Source: Amoebophrya sp. A120 (lineage: Eukaryota > Protista > Dinoflagellata). From it: DNA of 64,000 nucleotides. Position numbers and translations under genes: made by a program. The DNA lies in assembly GCA_905178155.1 (NCBI GenBank), contig CAJINV010000003.1, forward strand, positions 393,091-457,090, given 5' to 3'. Each line of letters begins with the position of its first letter. Within the stretch, counting starts at the first letter, position 1. The notes beneath the pieces were generated by a model. It was not told where the DNA came from. It saw only the letters and a program-made list of their open reading frames with translations, and did not search any database. Shown one piece after another: positions 36,859 through 49,016 of the stretch.

Positions 36859-39800
36859 ATGATGCTCTATCAGGGACGAGAAGCCGCACGACGCGCAGGA
36901 GACGGCGTTGTGGAGCACGAAAAAACAAAAAGGCTGATTCGTATCCGGAATTTGTTGGGAAGAACTATTGTCAAAGAGATCGATACGCGGACAACTAAAA
37001 CCGTCGCTGACCTATGTAGTTGGGACATTGTCGCTGAGTTCTTCGACGAAGACCAGTTGTTGCCGCCCGTGCACCGACTGCAGTGGATTGTGGTGCGGCT
37101 GGTGGATGAAGACGACAAAAATGCCGAGAAGGATGATGAAGAAGCTGCTTCCGAATTCTCCGATGATAACATGTCCACCTGCAGCGGCATCACAGGTACT
37201 AGAAGCAGGTCGGTTTCGAATGATGATGCTGCCTCCGAAGTAGACGAGCAACATCTGGACCATGCGGGAGGACAAAACAACGGAACCGAGGACGGGGGAA
37301 CGACTACACTCGTCGGGCAACAACATCAAGCGAAAGATCACGGGCCGCACCAGGACGAGCAAGGCTTCCTCCCCCCAACAGGGCGCATCGCAGACCATGA
37401 TTTAGACCACGTTGTGTTTCAGTTTGTCGTCGACAACAAAACACACGTTTTGGAACTGCAACGAAAAAGGACGACCGAATCGGGCGAATTTGAGGAGACG
37501 CGAAGGGCTTACTTCAAGCGCACGGCCAACCTGTTGAGTTCCTGCACCTTGTTAGAGGCCCGCAGCTTTCTCTACGACCAAAGCTACCTGGACCTCCTCG
37601 AGGCGTTCGAAGAGTACTACGGGATGAAACAACCCACGAAAAACCGGATTCGTTTTTTGTCGACGAAGGCAAAGTCCTTTGCGGGCCACGCCCCCTGGGC
37701 CCTGTTTTTCATGACTCACGCGGAGATGTTGGCGCGGAACCCAAACATCGTCTTGCCTCGCCCGACTCCGGCTCCTCTGTTGGCCGACGCCGGGGACGAC
37801 GACGCGGTGGCGGGACGGACGGGGCGACTCCACCACGGAGAAACGACTGCGGATCCACGACCTGTGATGTTGGGAGAAGTCGAAGACGACGTAGCAGGAG
37901 TTCGCCTTGCGCCGCACCATCTGCGCCGGGCGAAAAAGCTTTTGGATTTTTTTCCTACATCGAATTCGAAACTCCTCTTTTATACCGGACATAATCATAT
38001 CCTCTATGCGATCCTGGAGCTACCGGCGTCGGAATTAGCGAAGCACAACAACGCCTGGGTAGATCACATGAAGCGGAAAAGCGAAAGCGAAACCCGCAGC
38101 TCCACCTTGTTGTCCACGTCGTCCTGCTGCTCCAATCTACGTTTATTTTCGGCCACCTCGCGCTGGGAATGTGCACGCAGGGTAGTGGAGCTATTTCTGG
38201 CAGAGTTCGCTCGGTGCAAAGTACTAGATGATGTAGTTTCTAATTCTAATACAACTACCACGACGCGACACCGAGACCTCCGCGTCGACGTCGAGCAAGA
38301 CGGAATATTAAACGAGGAAGAGCAGCAGGTGCAGGAGCAACAACTGCAACTGGAAGAGCTTTCTGATCCTGACTCAGAAGATGAGGACGAGGCGTATAAC
38401 CTGCTCAGGTGTTACAATCTCAAACGTTGCAATAGAGTCTGGAATTTGTGTTGCAAGAAGTGCATCATCTAGCCAACTCTCATAGGATTGCTCGTGACAA
38501 GTTCTGGAGTCCCAATCCGAACTGCAATCTGGCGAAATTTGTATTGCAGAAAGTGGAAGGAACGCTCTGCGAGTCTGTCTTGCTCATCATGCAAGACAAA
38601 TCCAAGATTCTATTCGTAACGTTTGAGATTGTAACGTTTGAGCAGGTCATAAGGCGGCACGGCGACGTACCAGGGACGAGATGCTCCAGAATGGGGATAT
38701 TGTACGAGCCCCCGGTGCCGCGAGGATATTGTTCCGCAACGGCTTCTTGCCGGCGCCGCGGGAAGAACGCCTGGCGGCACTGCAGCTGCAACGCCGACGA
38801 CAACGACGGGATGAGAACAATGTCCCCGCGATTCTGAACAACGTGGACCACAACATATTAATCGGGCCACCAGGGCGAGGGCCAGAAGATCGAGATCGCG
38901 ACGAGCACATTGCTGATCTTTTGAGGGACCTGCCGGCTAGAAACGTTCTTTTGGGCGTAGTCCTTCCCTTCTGTTCTTTGCACGTGAACACGAACTTTTC
39001 TCCTGCTCGCGACTTTGCTCATTTGGTTTTCTGGACCTTCCGGCGCGTGGAGGGAGTGCCAGGTCGCTTCTCCCGAACGACGGCACCGACTGGATGCCTC
39101 AAGGCGCTGCTTTCCTGGATGGAGGCGAAAGGCCTGACGGCTGTTTTTTTTCGAGAACTCGGCACTTGTATTCTTCAGGCGATCCGCCTTCCGGCGGCCC
39201 CGCACGACGACCTCCCGACGGCGCTGAAGAATGAACACGGATCTTCCCCTAGGAGGTCCACTTCTGCGCACAAAATAAATTCCAGCACCACATCAAATGA
39301 GCCAGCTTTATTTCTGACCAAAAACGATGTCGTGGCCGGTGCTCCTGCTGCTGTTTCGTCGACGTCGCAGACTGGAGCCGGTGGAACTTTTTCGGTCAGC
39401 ACAGAAGATGACAAGAACTACACTGCCGTAACGGAAGAAGATTATCGAAAGGCCATTGAGCTTTTTGTCCTGCGTATCACAAGAAAAAAGTGTTACAGTT
39501 ACACATTTGTTGGAGTTTCTGCATCACAAAGTTGCTCGACATGGCAAAAAAAAGCTGTGATGCGCAGACTATAAGGGAAAACACGAGTGAAATCAGATTG
39601 GCAAGCATTTCCTGCATGACAGAGCTTCTCTGTCTTGCTTGTCTCCCATCAGAGTGTGTAACTGTAACACTTTTTTCCCACGATACTGCGGTCCTTCTGT
39701 GCGGAAGCTCAGTTGTTGGCGTTTGCAGGTTTCTATGAACTGCAAAAGCATCGTCCTAGTATAGATTGCAATACAAATTATCTCAGCATTACAAATTGAA

Positions 39801-40231
39801 TTTGTAATGCGGATTTACCTTAACAGCCTAGATTTGTAATGCATAACTGCAATTAGTACGAGTACGATACTTTTGCACAGGATAGCTTCAAAGCGATCTC
39901 GTTCGTTACCGAGGCGGAGAAGATCATGGGGGAAGACGTCTGCTTCCGACCCGAGATAAAGGAGGCCGTGGAGGTGAAGGAACTGATGGACCCTTTGCTC
40001 GTCTTTCGAGGGATCCTCCTTTCAGCCCAACAGAAAATTGAGGCAGGAACAAGTGAGGAAACCGTGTTCCGGCGCGCTGGCGTCGAGGCTTTAATCGAGA
40101 AGCTACAATCCGGTGGTCTTGTCAAAGCAACTTGGGAAGACTTGGGGCAGCTCTTCTACGATCCAAGCAAGTCTGCGGTGCCAAAGTACTTTCAGGTTTT
40201 ATTCGGCGAAAGTGAAGGAGCACGCCTCTAG
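36859..40231 (+). CDS. Hypothetical protein (~900 aa) interrupted by three TIR introns; start codon uncertain
   Basis: ORFs 36730-38472, 38681-39574 and 39926-40231 fuse in frame after removing the inserts: DEDEAARRRTRDEMLQ, ELFVLRSFCAE, FAGFKAISFVTEAEKIMGEDV. Confidence 0.7.
38395..38651. mobile_element. TIR introner, family D (257 bp), TSD AGGCG
   Basis: TATAACCTGCTCAGGTGTTACAATCTCAAACGTT ... AACGTTTGAGATTGTAACGTTTGAGCAGGTCATA (~55-bp imperfect TIR). AGGCG on both sides. Frame restored on removal. Confidence 0.9.
39475..39685. mobile_element. TIR introner, family E (211 bp), TSD CTGCG
   Basis: TATCACAAGAAAAAAGTGTTACAGTTACAC ... GTGTAACTGTAACACTTTTTTCCCACGATA. CTGCG on both sides. Frame restored on removal. 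Confidence 0.9.
39734..39884. mobile_element. TIR introner, family C, inverted relative to 9626-9779 (151 bp), TSD GTTTC/GCTTC
   Basis: Its reverse complement begins TATCCTGTGCAAAAGTATCGTACTCGTA, identical to the 9626 copy. Contains an in-frame TGA. Removal gives AGFKAIS. Confidence 0.9.
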
Positions 40232-40736
40232 CTAGTAAATAGAAAAGACATACACACTTTTTTTTAAAACTGCGTCGGAGTTCAAAATTTGGAACCTCTG
40301 TAAACGACGGGGGAAACTGGAAAAGATTTACCAGGATGTCTACCTCAGCGATTTTTTTTGCTGTTTTGTGCGTAGGGTAGTATGAATAGATCTAGACTTC
40401 GAAAACAGAAAGATTAAGATATCCCGACGAGAAGAAATACGGAGCATGATGGGATGCATGTGGACGAGGCTCATATTGGAAGAACATCAGCAAGCGGAGG
40501 TGCTGCATGAATTGCATAATCGGGGTGTTCGTGGCGTGATCTTCACCGACATGGCACAACCAAAAAACGAACACCGCTTCCGCTAGTAATAGAAATAGTG
40601 TTATTTCTGGTCGTGTTCACAAAAAGCATGACGCCGTTTCTGTATCCTAAGCACGTGCAGCCGCTCAAATGGAGGTGTGTAGCAAACACGAAGCATATTT
40701 CAATTTTGTCTTTTGGAAACAATGCCACAATTCGCG

Positions 40737-42031
40737 GTCGAGACACAGAGAGTGACTGTGACCAAAAGAGCGAAAAAAATTACTGTTGGGGACAGAAAGA
40801 ATTGGATTTGCATTTGCAGACGCAGCAACATGCCATTTCCCGTTTGCACTACGTCGGTTCGGTTTTTCGTCGTTGAGTGGCTTTTCTTCGCAACTAATTT
40901 TGAGTCGTTGAGTCGGAGTTGGTGAAAATGCTATCCTATTTTTCTTTTTTCTCTTCGATTCTTCGATGTGAGTGTGTCACATAATAAATCAACGAGTCGA
41001 CCTTCTAAGAAGGTGCGCAATGGTGCAAAATCATGAAGATGCTTGCGCAGGCTGCCTTGCGCGGGGGCGGGATAAGAAGATCGAAGAGATCCGCAGATAC
41101 ACAGAACAAATTCGGGCTGCAGGAAACCTCGCTTATCGACGTGGTCAGAGGGGATTCCACTGGGCAGAGCGATATAATTTGTTCCGGGGACCGATGCGCC
41201 GGCGAAGCAAGCGGCAATCGAGAAAACGCCCTTCCCCTTCGGCGGGGGCCGCGGTCCGTATGCCGCGCGCCCTGCAGGCCCAGGGCGTTCATGTGGGCCG
41301 CCCCGATGGGCGCCCGCCCGTCTTCCCATCGGGGGCGGTGGTGTATTTCATCTCCGGCGGCCCACATAGTGATAGTGCTGGGTGGGGCGCGTGTGGTCTC
41401 TTTCCCCTCGCCGGCGGGAATTGTACGCGCACCCAAGCGCAAGCGCCTAGCCTATCGCAGCAGCGGAAGCGCAAGCGCCGAGCACAGGCGCTGCTGCATC
41501 CGCAGAAGCGCATGCTCATGCGCGCGCCTGCTATCGCAGCGTTGTGGCCAAATCGGCCGCCCCCGAACACTCAGGCTGCAGCCCGGGTTGTTGCAAAAAT
41601 CCCGCTCAACATCACGGAGAGCTGTATTTCACTTTTTCTTCAGCATTCTCCGAACAGCCAGAGCTCTGCCATTGATTTGGTGAGAGTGGCTCTGTTCCGC
41701 CGGCAGTAGCTTTAAAGCTGCGCATACGCATTTGATGTTGGCAGTGCTCCGCGTCATGTTTTCGATATTCAGTATGTAAAAGAGCCGTCGAGACACAGAG
41801 AGTGACCAAAAGAGCGAACAAATAAAAAGCAAAAACTTAAAGTTGGATTTGCAGACACAGCAACATGCCATTTCCCGTTTGCACTTCTGCGTCGGTTCGT
41901 TTTTTCGTCTTCGAGTAGTTTTTCTTCGCATCAACTAATTTTGAGTCGTTGAGCTGGTGAAAATGCTACGCTATTTTTCTTTTTATTTCGAAGATGAAGA
42001 TGTGAGTGTGTCACATAATCAACGAGTCGAC
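40737..42031 (+). repeat. ~250-bp direct repeat (40737-41001 and 41787-42031; partial third copy ~52077-52200)
   Basis: Shared GTCGAGACACAGAGAGTGAC..CAGCAACATGCCATTTCCCGTTTGCACT..CAACTAATTTTGAGTCGTTGAG..GATGTGAGTGTGTCACATAAT..CAACGAGTCGAC. Confidence 0.85.
41236..41787 (+). repeat. ~530-bp GC-rich dispersed repeat, copy 1
   Basis: Colinear with 52677-53201, for example ATGCCGCGCGCCC..ATGTGGGCCGCCCCGA.GGGCGCCCGCCCGTC, GCACCCAAGCGCAAGCGCCTAGCC, CAACATCACGGAGAGCTGTA, GTCATGTTTTCGATATTCAGT. Confidence 0.85.
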
Positions 42032-43746
42032 ACTCTACGAATTAAATAAATCTTTCAGTTTGACAAGAATTTGCGATCGTGAAAAATAGGGCAGGTTATG
42101 GAGAGTAAGTGAGATAAAAGTCGTCCACCTGGGACTGACATTGCCTAAGGCGATCATGAGCATGACGCTTTCACCTCTGAAGTAAACCCAACCTCTTCTA
42201 CCTACACAAGAATTACACCCATCCGGCTCAAGACACATCCGATTGAAAATAGTAGGTGAAGCAGTGAGAGTGGCCGAAGTTTCACAACGCACTTGAAAAA
42301 CAGAGCCTAGCACTTTGCTTTCTTTCTTCTTGTTCGCGTTTGAAAAGCAGAGCTGTGAGAAAATTACGCAAAACGGAGAGAAAACGAACGCAGACCAATC
42401 GCGTGCATTCGCCGTTTGCACCAGCCCCGGAGAAGGAGACAAGAATGGCGCAAAGTGAAACAAGCACTTGCACAGGCTGCGGCGCGCGGGATAAGGTCAT
42501 CGAAGAGGTCCGTCTCTACACCCAGCAAATTCGAGCGCTGCTCTCGAAAATTGACGGGCTACTTATCGGGCCGGACACAACACCAGCGTCTTGTATTAAT
42601 TTACTATTTCTGTTTCACAATGAATAGACAGAGGACCAGCGATATTTTGTTCATAGCTTCGAGGTCCTTAGTTCTTCGCTTTCTGTGAATTCAGAAGTTG
42701 ACTTGTTAGTCATGAATATCTGATTCTGCTGCACGATGCACACAAGGGCAGAGGAAAAAGGATAAAACACAAGCTTGAGACTTCATTGGAAATCAATAGC
42801 GCAAACAATCGTCAGCGAATCTTCCTCTAGGCAGGTGCAGCCAAACGCCCAACGTATTTTAAAAACAACAGCTACTACCGGAACCGGTGGACAGCTACTA
42901 GCGGGGTCTTCAAGTACTTCGTCGTCGGCGGCAGCTAGTGCCACTGGTATCACATGAATGTGTTGGTTACAATACACGGTTTTTTTGGTGCATCCGCGTC
43001 TCCATTTAAAATACTAAAACCAATACGAATTTTCTAAATGTCCGCAAGCGCGATCTATCATGCGGCGTTCGTGATGAATGCAGATTAAAATGTAGAAGAT
43101 GCTCGATTTTTACATTTTTCGTTGACGTTGCTTCAGCGACACCTGTATCACAAAACCCGGCAACAGGTTTGTTTCAGCAACCACCAGCACTCGTGGAAAA
43201 TGTTTTGCCAGAGCCAGCAGCACCACCGCCAGCAATTGCGGAAGTGGATTCTTCCTCTTCATCCCCCTCTTCGAGCAGTAGCATCTCCCCGATGCATGAT
43301 ATGCATATTATGGGCGGAGCAGCAGGACAAGGAGGTACCAGCGACACTACTAGTTGTTCTGTTCCGCCAAAAACTAAAATACTTTTGTGGTGTCGACACT
43401 CAAAGACTCGTCTCTACAGAAGAGACGTGTTAGAAGTCGATGAACAATCGTGGTGAGTGCAACCTCGTATCATGCATGAGTAGAGCTGGAAACTAAGAGA
43501 CGCCATTTGGGATGGCGGATGACCTCCCCTACAAACACAGAGTCGGCATTTTTTTGGGATCCCGGGCACATCCACAGTTTGAAGTCCATGTACTTGGAGT
43601 GCGCAAGCCTTGTACCATATCATAAGAGAGGACGCCAACAATAAATAAAATACGCAGGTAAGAGACTGACCGATGACCCGTTCTCGCCGGAACCTTGCCT
43701 CGACCACTCTATTGGTGAGGAGGATATTGCAAGAGGTAGGCAGCAG

Positions 43747-46589
43747 GTGCAGGACAAGACCCAGCGCAAGCGGCGTATTATTGCTCCCAGAAAATATTTC
43801 GTGAATGAGAATGAGCCGCAAAAGGAAAAGCCGAGTTTCGAAGGAAGTCGATCAGTAGCAGGCGTGGTCACAAGCGGCACCGTAGACACGACAGCAGCAT
43901 CTTCATCTACTTTTTCCGCGTTCTCAGCACCACCACCTTTGAATTCCGCGAAGTTGCGATTCTCAACACAGTTGAATGAGAAGAAGATACACGCAAATGT
44001 ACATGCTGCAAACATCAAAAACGAAAGTAGTACGACCATCCTGCCGCGAGGAGCAGAACGCCTGGAATCATGTTCATGCGACAACTCGTCATTGGTGCCG
44101 GAAGGTGAGCCACTCCCACTGCTTAACTCGACTTCTCCGGTAGGGTCTTCCAACAACGCACATGCACAACTACTAGCTCCGGCAGGGTCTTCTAGCATCG
44201 CACCGGCAGGGTCTTCCAACATCTTCGCTCGGAAATCGTGTACAACAACTAGTATTTCTACTGCAACGGGACAGGTGGATCGTAACACAGCAGAACCCGC
44301 TGGGTTGTCAAGTAGCTCCCAGGACCCGCAAAAGCCGATAATTGCGGATGCCGGGAAAGCTGCTGCAAATGAACATGCGTCTGCGCGGTCCAATAGCCGA
44401 AAAGATCGCGGTGGAAAGATGAAAGCAGCTGCTGGAAAGGTTTCGGCAGCCCAATTGTCCATTGCAGCGGAGCAGCAGGCGGGGCTGCCCGGGTCTTCTT
44501 CATCTTCGCCTTTTGTAGCTTCGTCCTCGAGTTCCACTGCTACCACAACAGCCAAGGAGAAGCAAGTAGGAAAAGCCCGGGAGACCTCCACGAAGCGGAA
44601 GCAGGGCGCAGCAAGCAGCTTCAAGCCGGCAACAAGAGCTGCGAAAAAAACTGCCGCGGCTAGTGCGAAGGACAAAATAAATGACGTTGCCAGCAAAGAG
44701 GGGGGCAAGAAGGTGCAGGTCGTTCTCGAATCGTTACACAAAGATGAAGATGAACCAGAAGCGAGCAAACGACACAGCAGTGTGCCTCCGAGTCGACGAG
44801 AACGAGCAAATCAGGCCAAAAATCCAAAAGAATTGGACCTGCCACACCCGAAAAGCGATGACCAAGACAAGCGAATACGGAGCAGCAGTATTCCGGCAGT
44901 GAAAGGAACCGGCGGTGCAAAGACAGCAATTCAGCGGGCTTTCTCGGCAGTCCTGGGGGAGCTCTACGATACATCGGTGAGTCCACCCCAGCCCCTCGGC
45001 GATCCCGGATCTTTCGGCGCAGTATTTATCGGCTGCAGCAAAACGTCAAAACAGCCCGTGGCCGTGAAGCTCATCCTAGAATCGGGCGACTATAAGAACT
45101 CTCACGGAGAGTCTGTCGGACTGTGCCATAGCGACGACTTGGACGACAACTACCGCGAGGTGGTTGCGCTGCAGCGGTTGGCCCGCGAGGAGGACCGACC
45201 AGATGAGCTTCTGCACGCTGTGTCGATTGACCGCTTCCGAGTCGTCGATGTAACGAGCTATTTTGGCGGGAAAAACGTCAAGACCACAACGACCGTTCTG
45301 GTATTGTGGTTTTTGTTTGGCTCTGGCCAAGTTTTGTACTTATATATTATAGTAATTCGGAATATTGTAATTGCTGGGTGGGATGCACCGTGTTTCAAGA
45401 TGATACGAAAAGGTCTCATCGAGACCAAATAGGATCTCGATCTTGCATGCAAGTAGAAGCAGGATCTGAGTCCCTCAGAAATAGATATAAAATGAATTTA
45501 AATTGAAATATACATTTAGGCTATTACGATGCCTGCTGTCGGCAAGGCTGGCCTGCTGCATGACGAAGAGGACGCTGGCGCAGCTGGATGGAAATTCCGG
45601 ATCACGCTGAACAAGCTCGAGACGCAAAACAAGGGCGCGGCTGCGGCAGCTCTGCTGAGTCTCATTTCGAGCGGCCTAGAGGGACTGGGTTTCTTGAACA
45701 ACCGTTTCTCCGTGATCCATTTTGACGTTTCGGAAACCAATCTCAAGCCTGTTTTGAAGCTGGTACAACTTCTTTTCAGATCACTACAAAGAGCAGGTTT
45801 TTAATTTTCATTTGCGTTTTTTTTTGCTGTTTGACTTCGTGTTTCCCCTTTGGGTTTGGGAATACAAGACAATGCATGCAGAATGTTTTCGCGGATGCTT
45901 CTAATGTACTGTCTCCTCAATAACAATATCGATAGTTGTTTTTTTTGGAGTTCGAAGTTCATGACGCAACACCATTTGCTCTGCGATTGCGAGGAAGAAG
46001 TTCTTTAACGTGAACAAGTATGTAGATGTACCTCAAACTACACCAGATAAACGGGAAGAAGACGATGCAAGCCCGCCTGCTCGACTATGGCAAGCTCCGC
46101 TTACTAGACCACGTTACCAAGGTGGACGGAGAGTCGTACGGGAACAGTGACTTCGCCCCAGCAGCAAGGATTGGCCCGGTTTCGGTAGTGCGGACGCGTC
46201 CCGTTACCGCAAGCAACGACTACCCCGCGCTCTCCCTAGCAGTATGCGAATACCTCACCGGGCGCCGGCTCGCGAATGAGGCGTTCAACTTCAAAACGGA
46301 TAGCGGGCAAGGCTACGATGTTCATCGCGCCACGCTCGAAGGGCTCGCAAAGGAGCTTGCCGCCGGCGCAGGTGGCCGAGGTGGGCAAAAATCCGCTGGA
46401 AAGATCAGAAACCATGAGATCCGGCGTCCCGCCACTACCGGGGAAAAGCTGAAGAAGAACGCTACGGACGAACAGATTGCGGATTTTTGCCGTAAGGCGG
46501 CCGATGAGATTCGCGATTGTATCCCGGGCGACAGCACGGGTACATCGGCGGCACTGATCCAGGAGGTGTGTGACGCTCTACGCCAATAA
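43747..46589 (+). CDS. Divergent protein kinase with a long low-complexity N-terminus (further upstream exons probably from ~42445)
   Basis: Gly loop LGDPGSFGAVF, VAVK, helix-C Glu (YREVVAL), catalytic loop IHFDVSETN and DFG-like LLDYG, joined via GT-AG introns 45301-45519 and 45763-46046. Confidence 0.7.
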
Positions 46590-49016
46590 ATCAAACTGCT
46601 ATCACATTCTACTGGGCTCTGTAAGTCTAAATCGTGGCAGCTAACAATCCAGATTTTATCGTGACACGATCACGACGTACGTCTGAGAGATAAAAATAGG
46701 TAAGAATGCGGATTTTTACATTCCGAATTGCCTAGCTCCTGCCCACCTGACAAGGGAAAATTTTCAGGTGCTGACTACTTGCTTCTATCGCTGGCAGCTT
46801 GTCTACTGTGTTGGTAAATAAAGCAGAATAGTCGTTGTAGCTTTGCCGAGAGGAACAAAATGCTTAGGTTTGAAAAGACTTCCAGATTCTGAAAAAACAG
46901 CAGTTAGATTTCGCAGGCATATTTTCTGGCGTCTCTCCTCGAGGGAGATCTCCCCCGCGGTGTCACGGTACTTCAGCCGACTACGGAAACCGAGTTTGCG
47001 GAGCTTTTCGGCGTCAGAACGAGAAGCACCGATGAAGGCAAACCCCTGGCGGTCCTGAGAAAAGAAGCGAGGGAAAAACTGAAAGCGCTGCTTCCGTCCG
47101 ACACGCTGCTGCTAATCGGCCAGGATGGTAATACGAAACGCGGCCCAGAAGCAGAAGCAATTTGCAGACGTGACGGCAATCTCGTCAATCTGCAGTGAGG
47201 ACAGACACAACTGAATACAAGTAAATGGTAATGGACTGGCCGCAGAAGATTACATAAAGAACAAACAGTAGTCGAGCAAATGAAGCGCCCCTCGCGTGTA
47301 GTAACCACGAATCTATGTATTGCCTTACAGCAGGAGCCGCTGGCATTGAAAAACTGCAGGCAGATTTTCCAAAACTGTACATCGGTGCAGCTTTCGTCTC
47401 CAGTAATTATCTCAGAACTGTAAATAAAAAACAAAGAGCAGTGTAGATCTGGTGAAGTAGAGAGACAAAGAATACGTTTACGTTCAAACGACTCGCCGTT
47501 CTACAACCAGAACGCTTTCTTTTTGCTTTTTGTAAATTTGATACGCTTATTCACTTTTGCTTTTGTGCCAAAGCCAATTGACTTTTGGACAGTTTACGTT
47601 ACCAAATGTGTGTGTAGAGGATCGTCCTCCTTGTGGTGGCGCCTAGATTTTGCTAAGTCGATTGTGACTTTGCGGCTCAACGTTGCAGCCTGCTGAAGAT
47701 GGTTAGGCGCAGCGTCGACGGAGCGGTACACCAAGAAATATTTTACTCGATCTCGAATGGATTCACATTTCAGAAGGATCTGCTTTTATTTACTCTATTT
47801 ATGAACTAAACAAGACCATTGGGGCGATTGGTCGTCTTGACGACGACGGCGTGGAGCGGCAATTGACCAAAGAGAGCTCGAAGTGAGACTGTATGATTGA
47901 AGACAAAAATAAACGCAAATAGTATATATAGATATACTTAAATCATGATGAGGCCTCTAGAATGTATAGTAGACGAGGTGCTACCTGTATTGCTACGCGG
48001 AAGGATTCTGCACTCAAGGATTTGTTTCGACGCCTTTTCGTCAAGCTTTTTCTTTGCAGTAAACAACAACAAGGTATAGTACTCTTCGCCGATATGGATG
48101 TCAATAAGAATCTGCACTACAATGCGACCACGAATGAAATATATTTATAGTTTCTCGAACTCGAGGTGTAACTTAAGCTTGAAGTTGCAAACTAAAGGTA
48201 AAGGGTGGAAGTCCTTGCGATAAATTCGTGATGAGTTCACAAACCTTATTCCTTGTCATTGTGAATAGCTGCAGCATTCACATTGTGATAGCTGCACTGT
48301 AGAATTATCTAGCGCGTCGATCTAGAGGTAGAGCTTCGGCGCAGACGCATCTATGTCTCATGCACTGAGAACGAGGCCAACTAGTGATACCGCGAGCATC
48401 GAATTTATAAAGTAGAACTCTTCCTTTGTGGGGTCGAAAAAGGGAAATCCAAAAGGCGCTTTTCTTTCTTCGTGTTTGTGACAGCTTGACACGGTTGTAG
48501 TTTCAGAATCTCCCAGGTGTTGCAAAGTTAAAGATAAATTCAGACTTTCTCCACCGAGGTAATTATTTCTTGTGGAGCGCTACAGCTTTAGCTTCACGAG
48601 TAAGAGGCGGACAGAGGCAAACCAATACCGATTTGGTACACCGCCCGACATCAAAAAAAGGGAACTGTAACTGAGAAATAAATGCAAGAGGCGGAATGGA
48701 ATCGCAATGGAGGTTTTCTTTGACCAAGAGGACGCCTCGCTCATATAATGAGGTTGATCATCTATCTATTTATTTTACCACTCCCGGAGGTGCCCCTGTT
48801 CTCGTTCCGGCGGAAAGCACAACTACGTAATGTCGGTTCATCGTAATTCCTCGCTGATCGAACGTGCTTTGTGAATCAATAGATACCGCACCGCAATTGT
48901 CCTGATCATAGCAGCACGCGTCGTCGTCGTTGTGCTTGCCGTTGCCGGGTTGGGCCTGATTTTTTTGCCGGAAAAACCAAGCCGCAGCATGCTGCTTGGG
49001 GGCCCAGAAAGGCTAT

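Noticed and set aside
40737-42031. LTR/TRIM retroelement formed by the 250-bp direct repeats
   Set aside because: No TG...CA termini, TSD, primer-binding site or polypurine tract seen; better explained as duplication of a gene 5' region.
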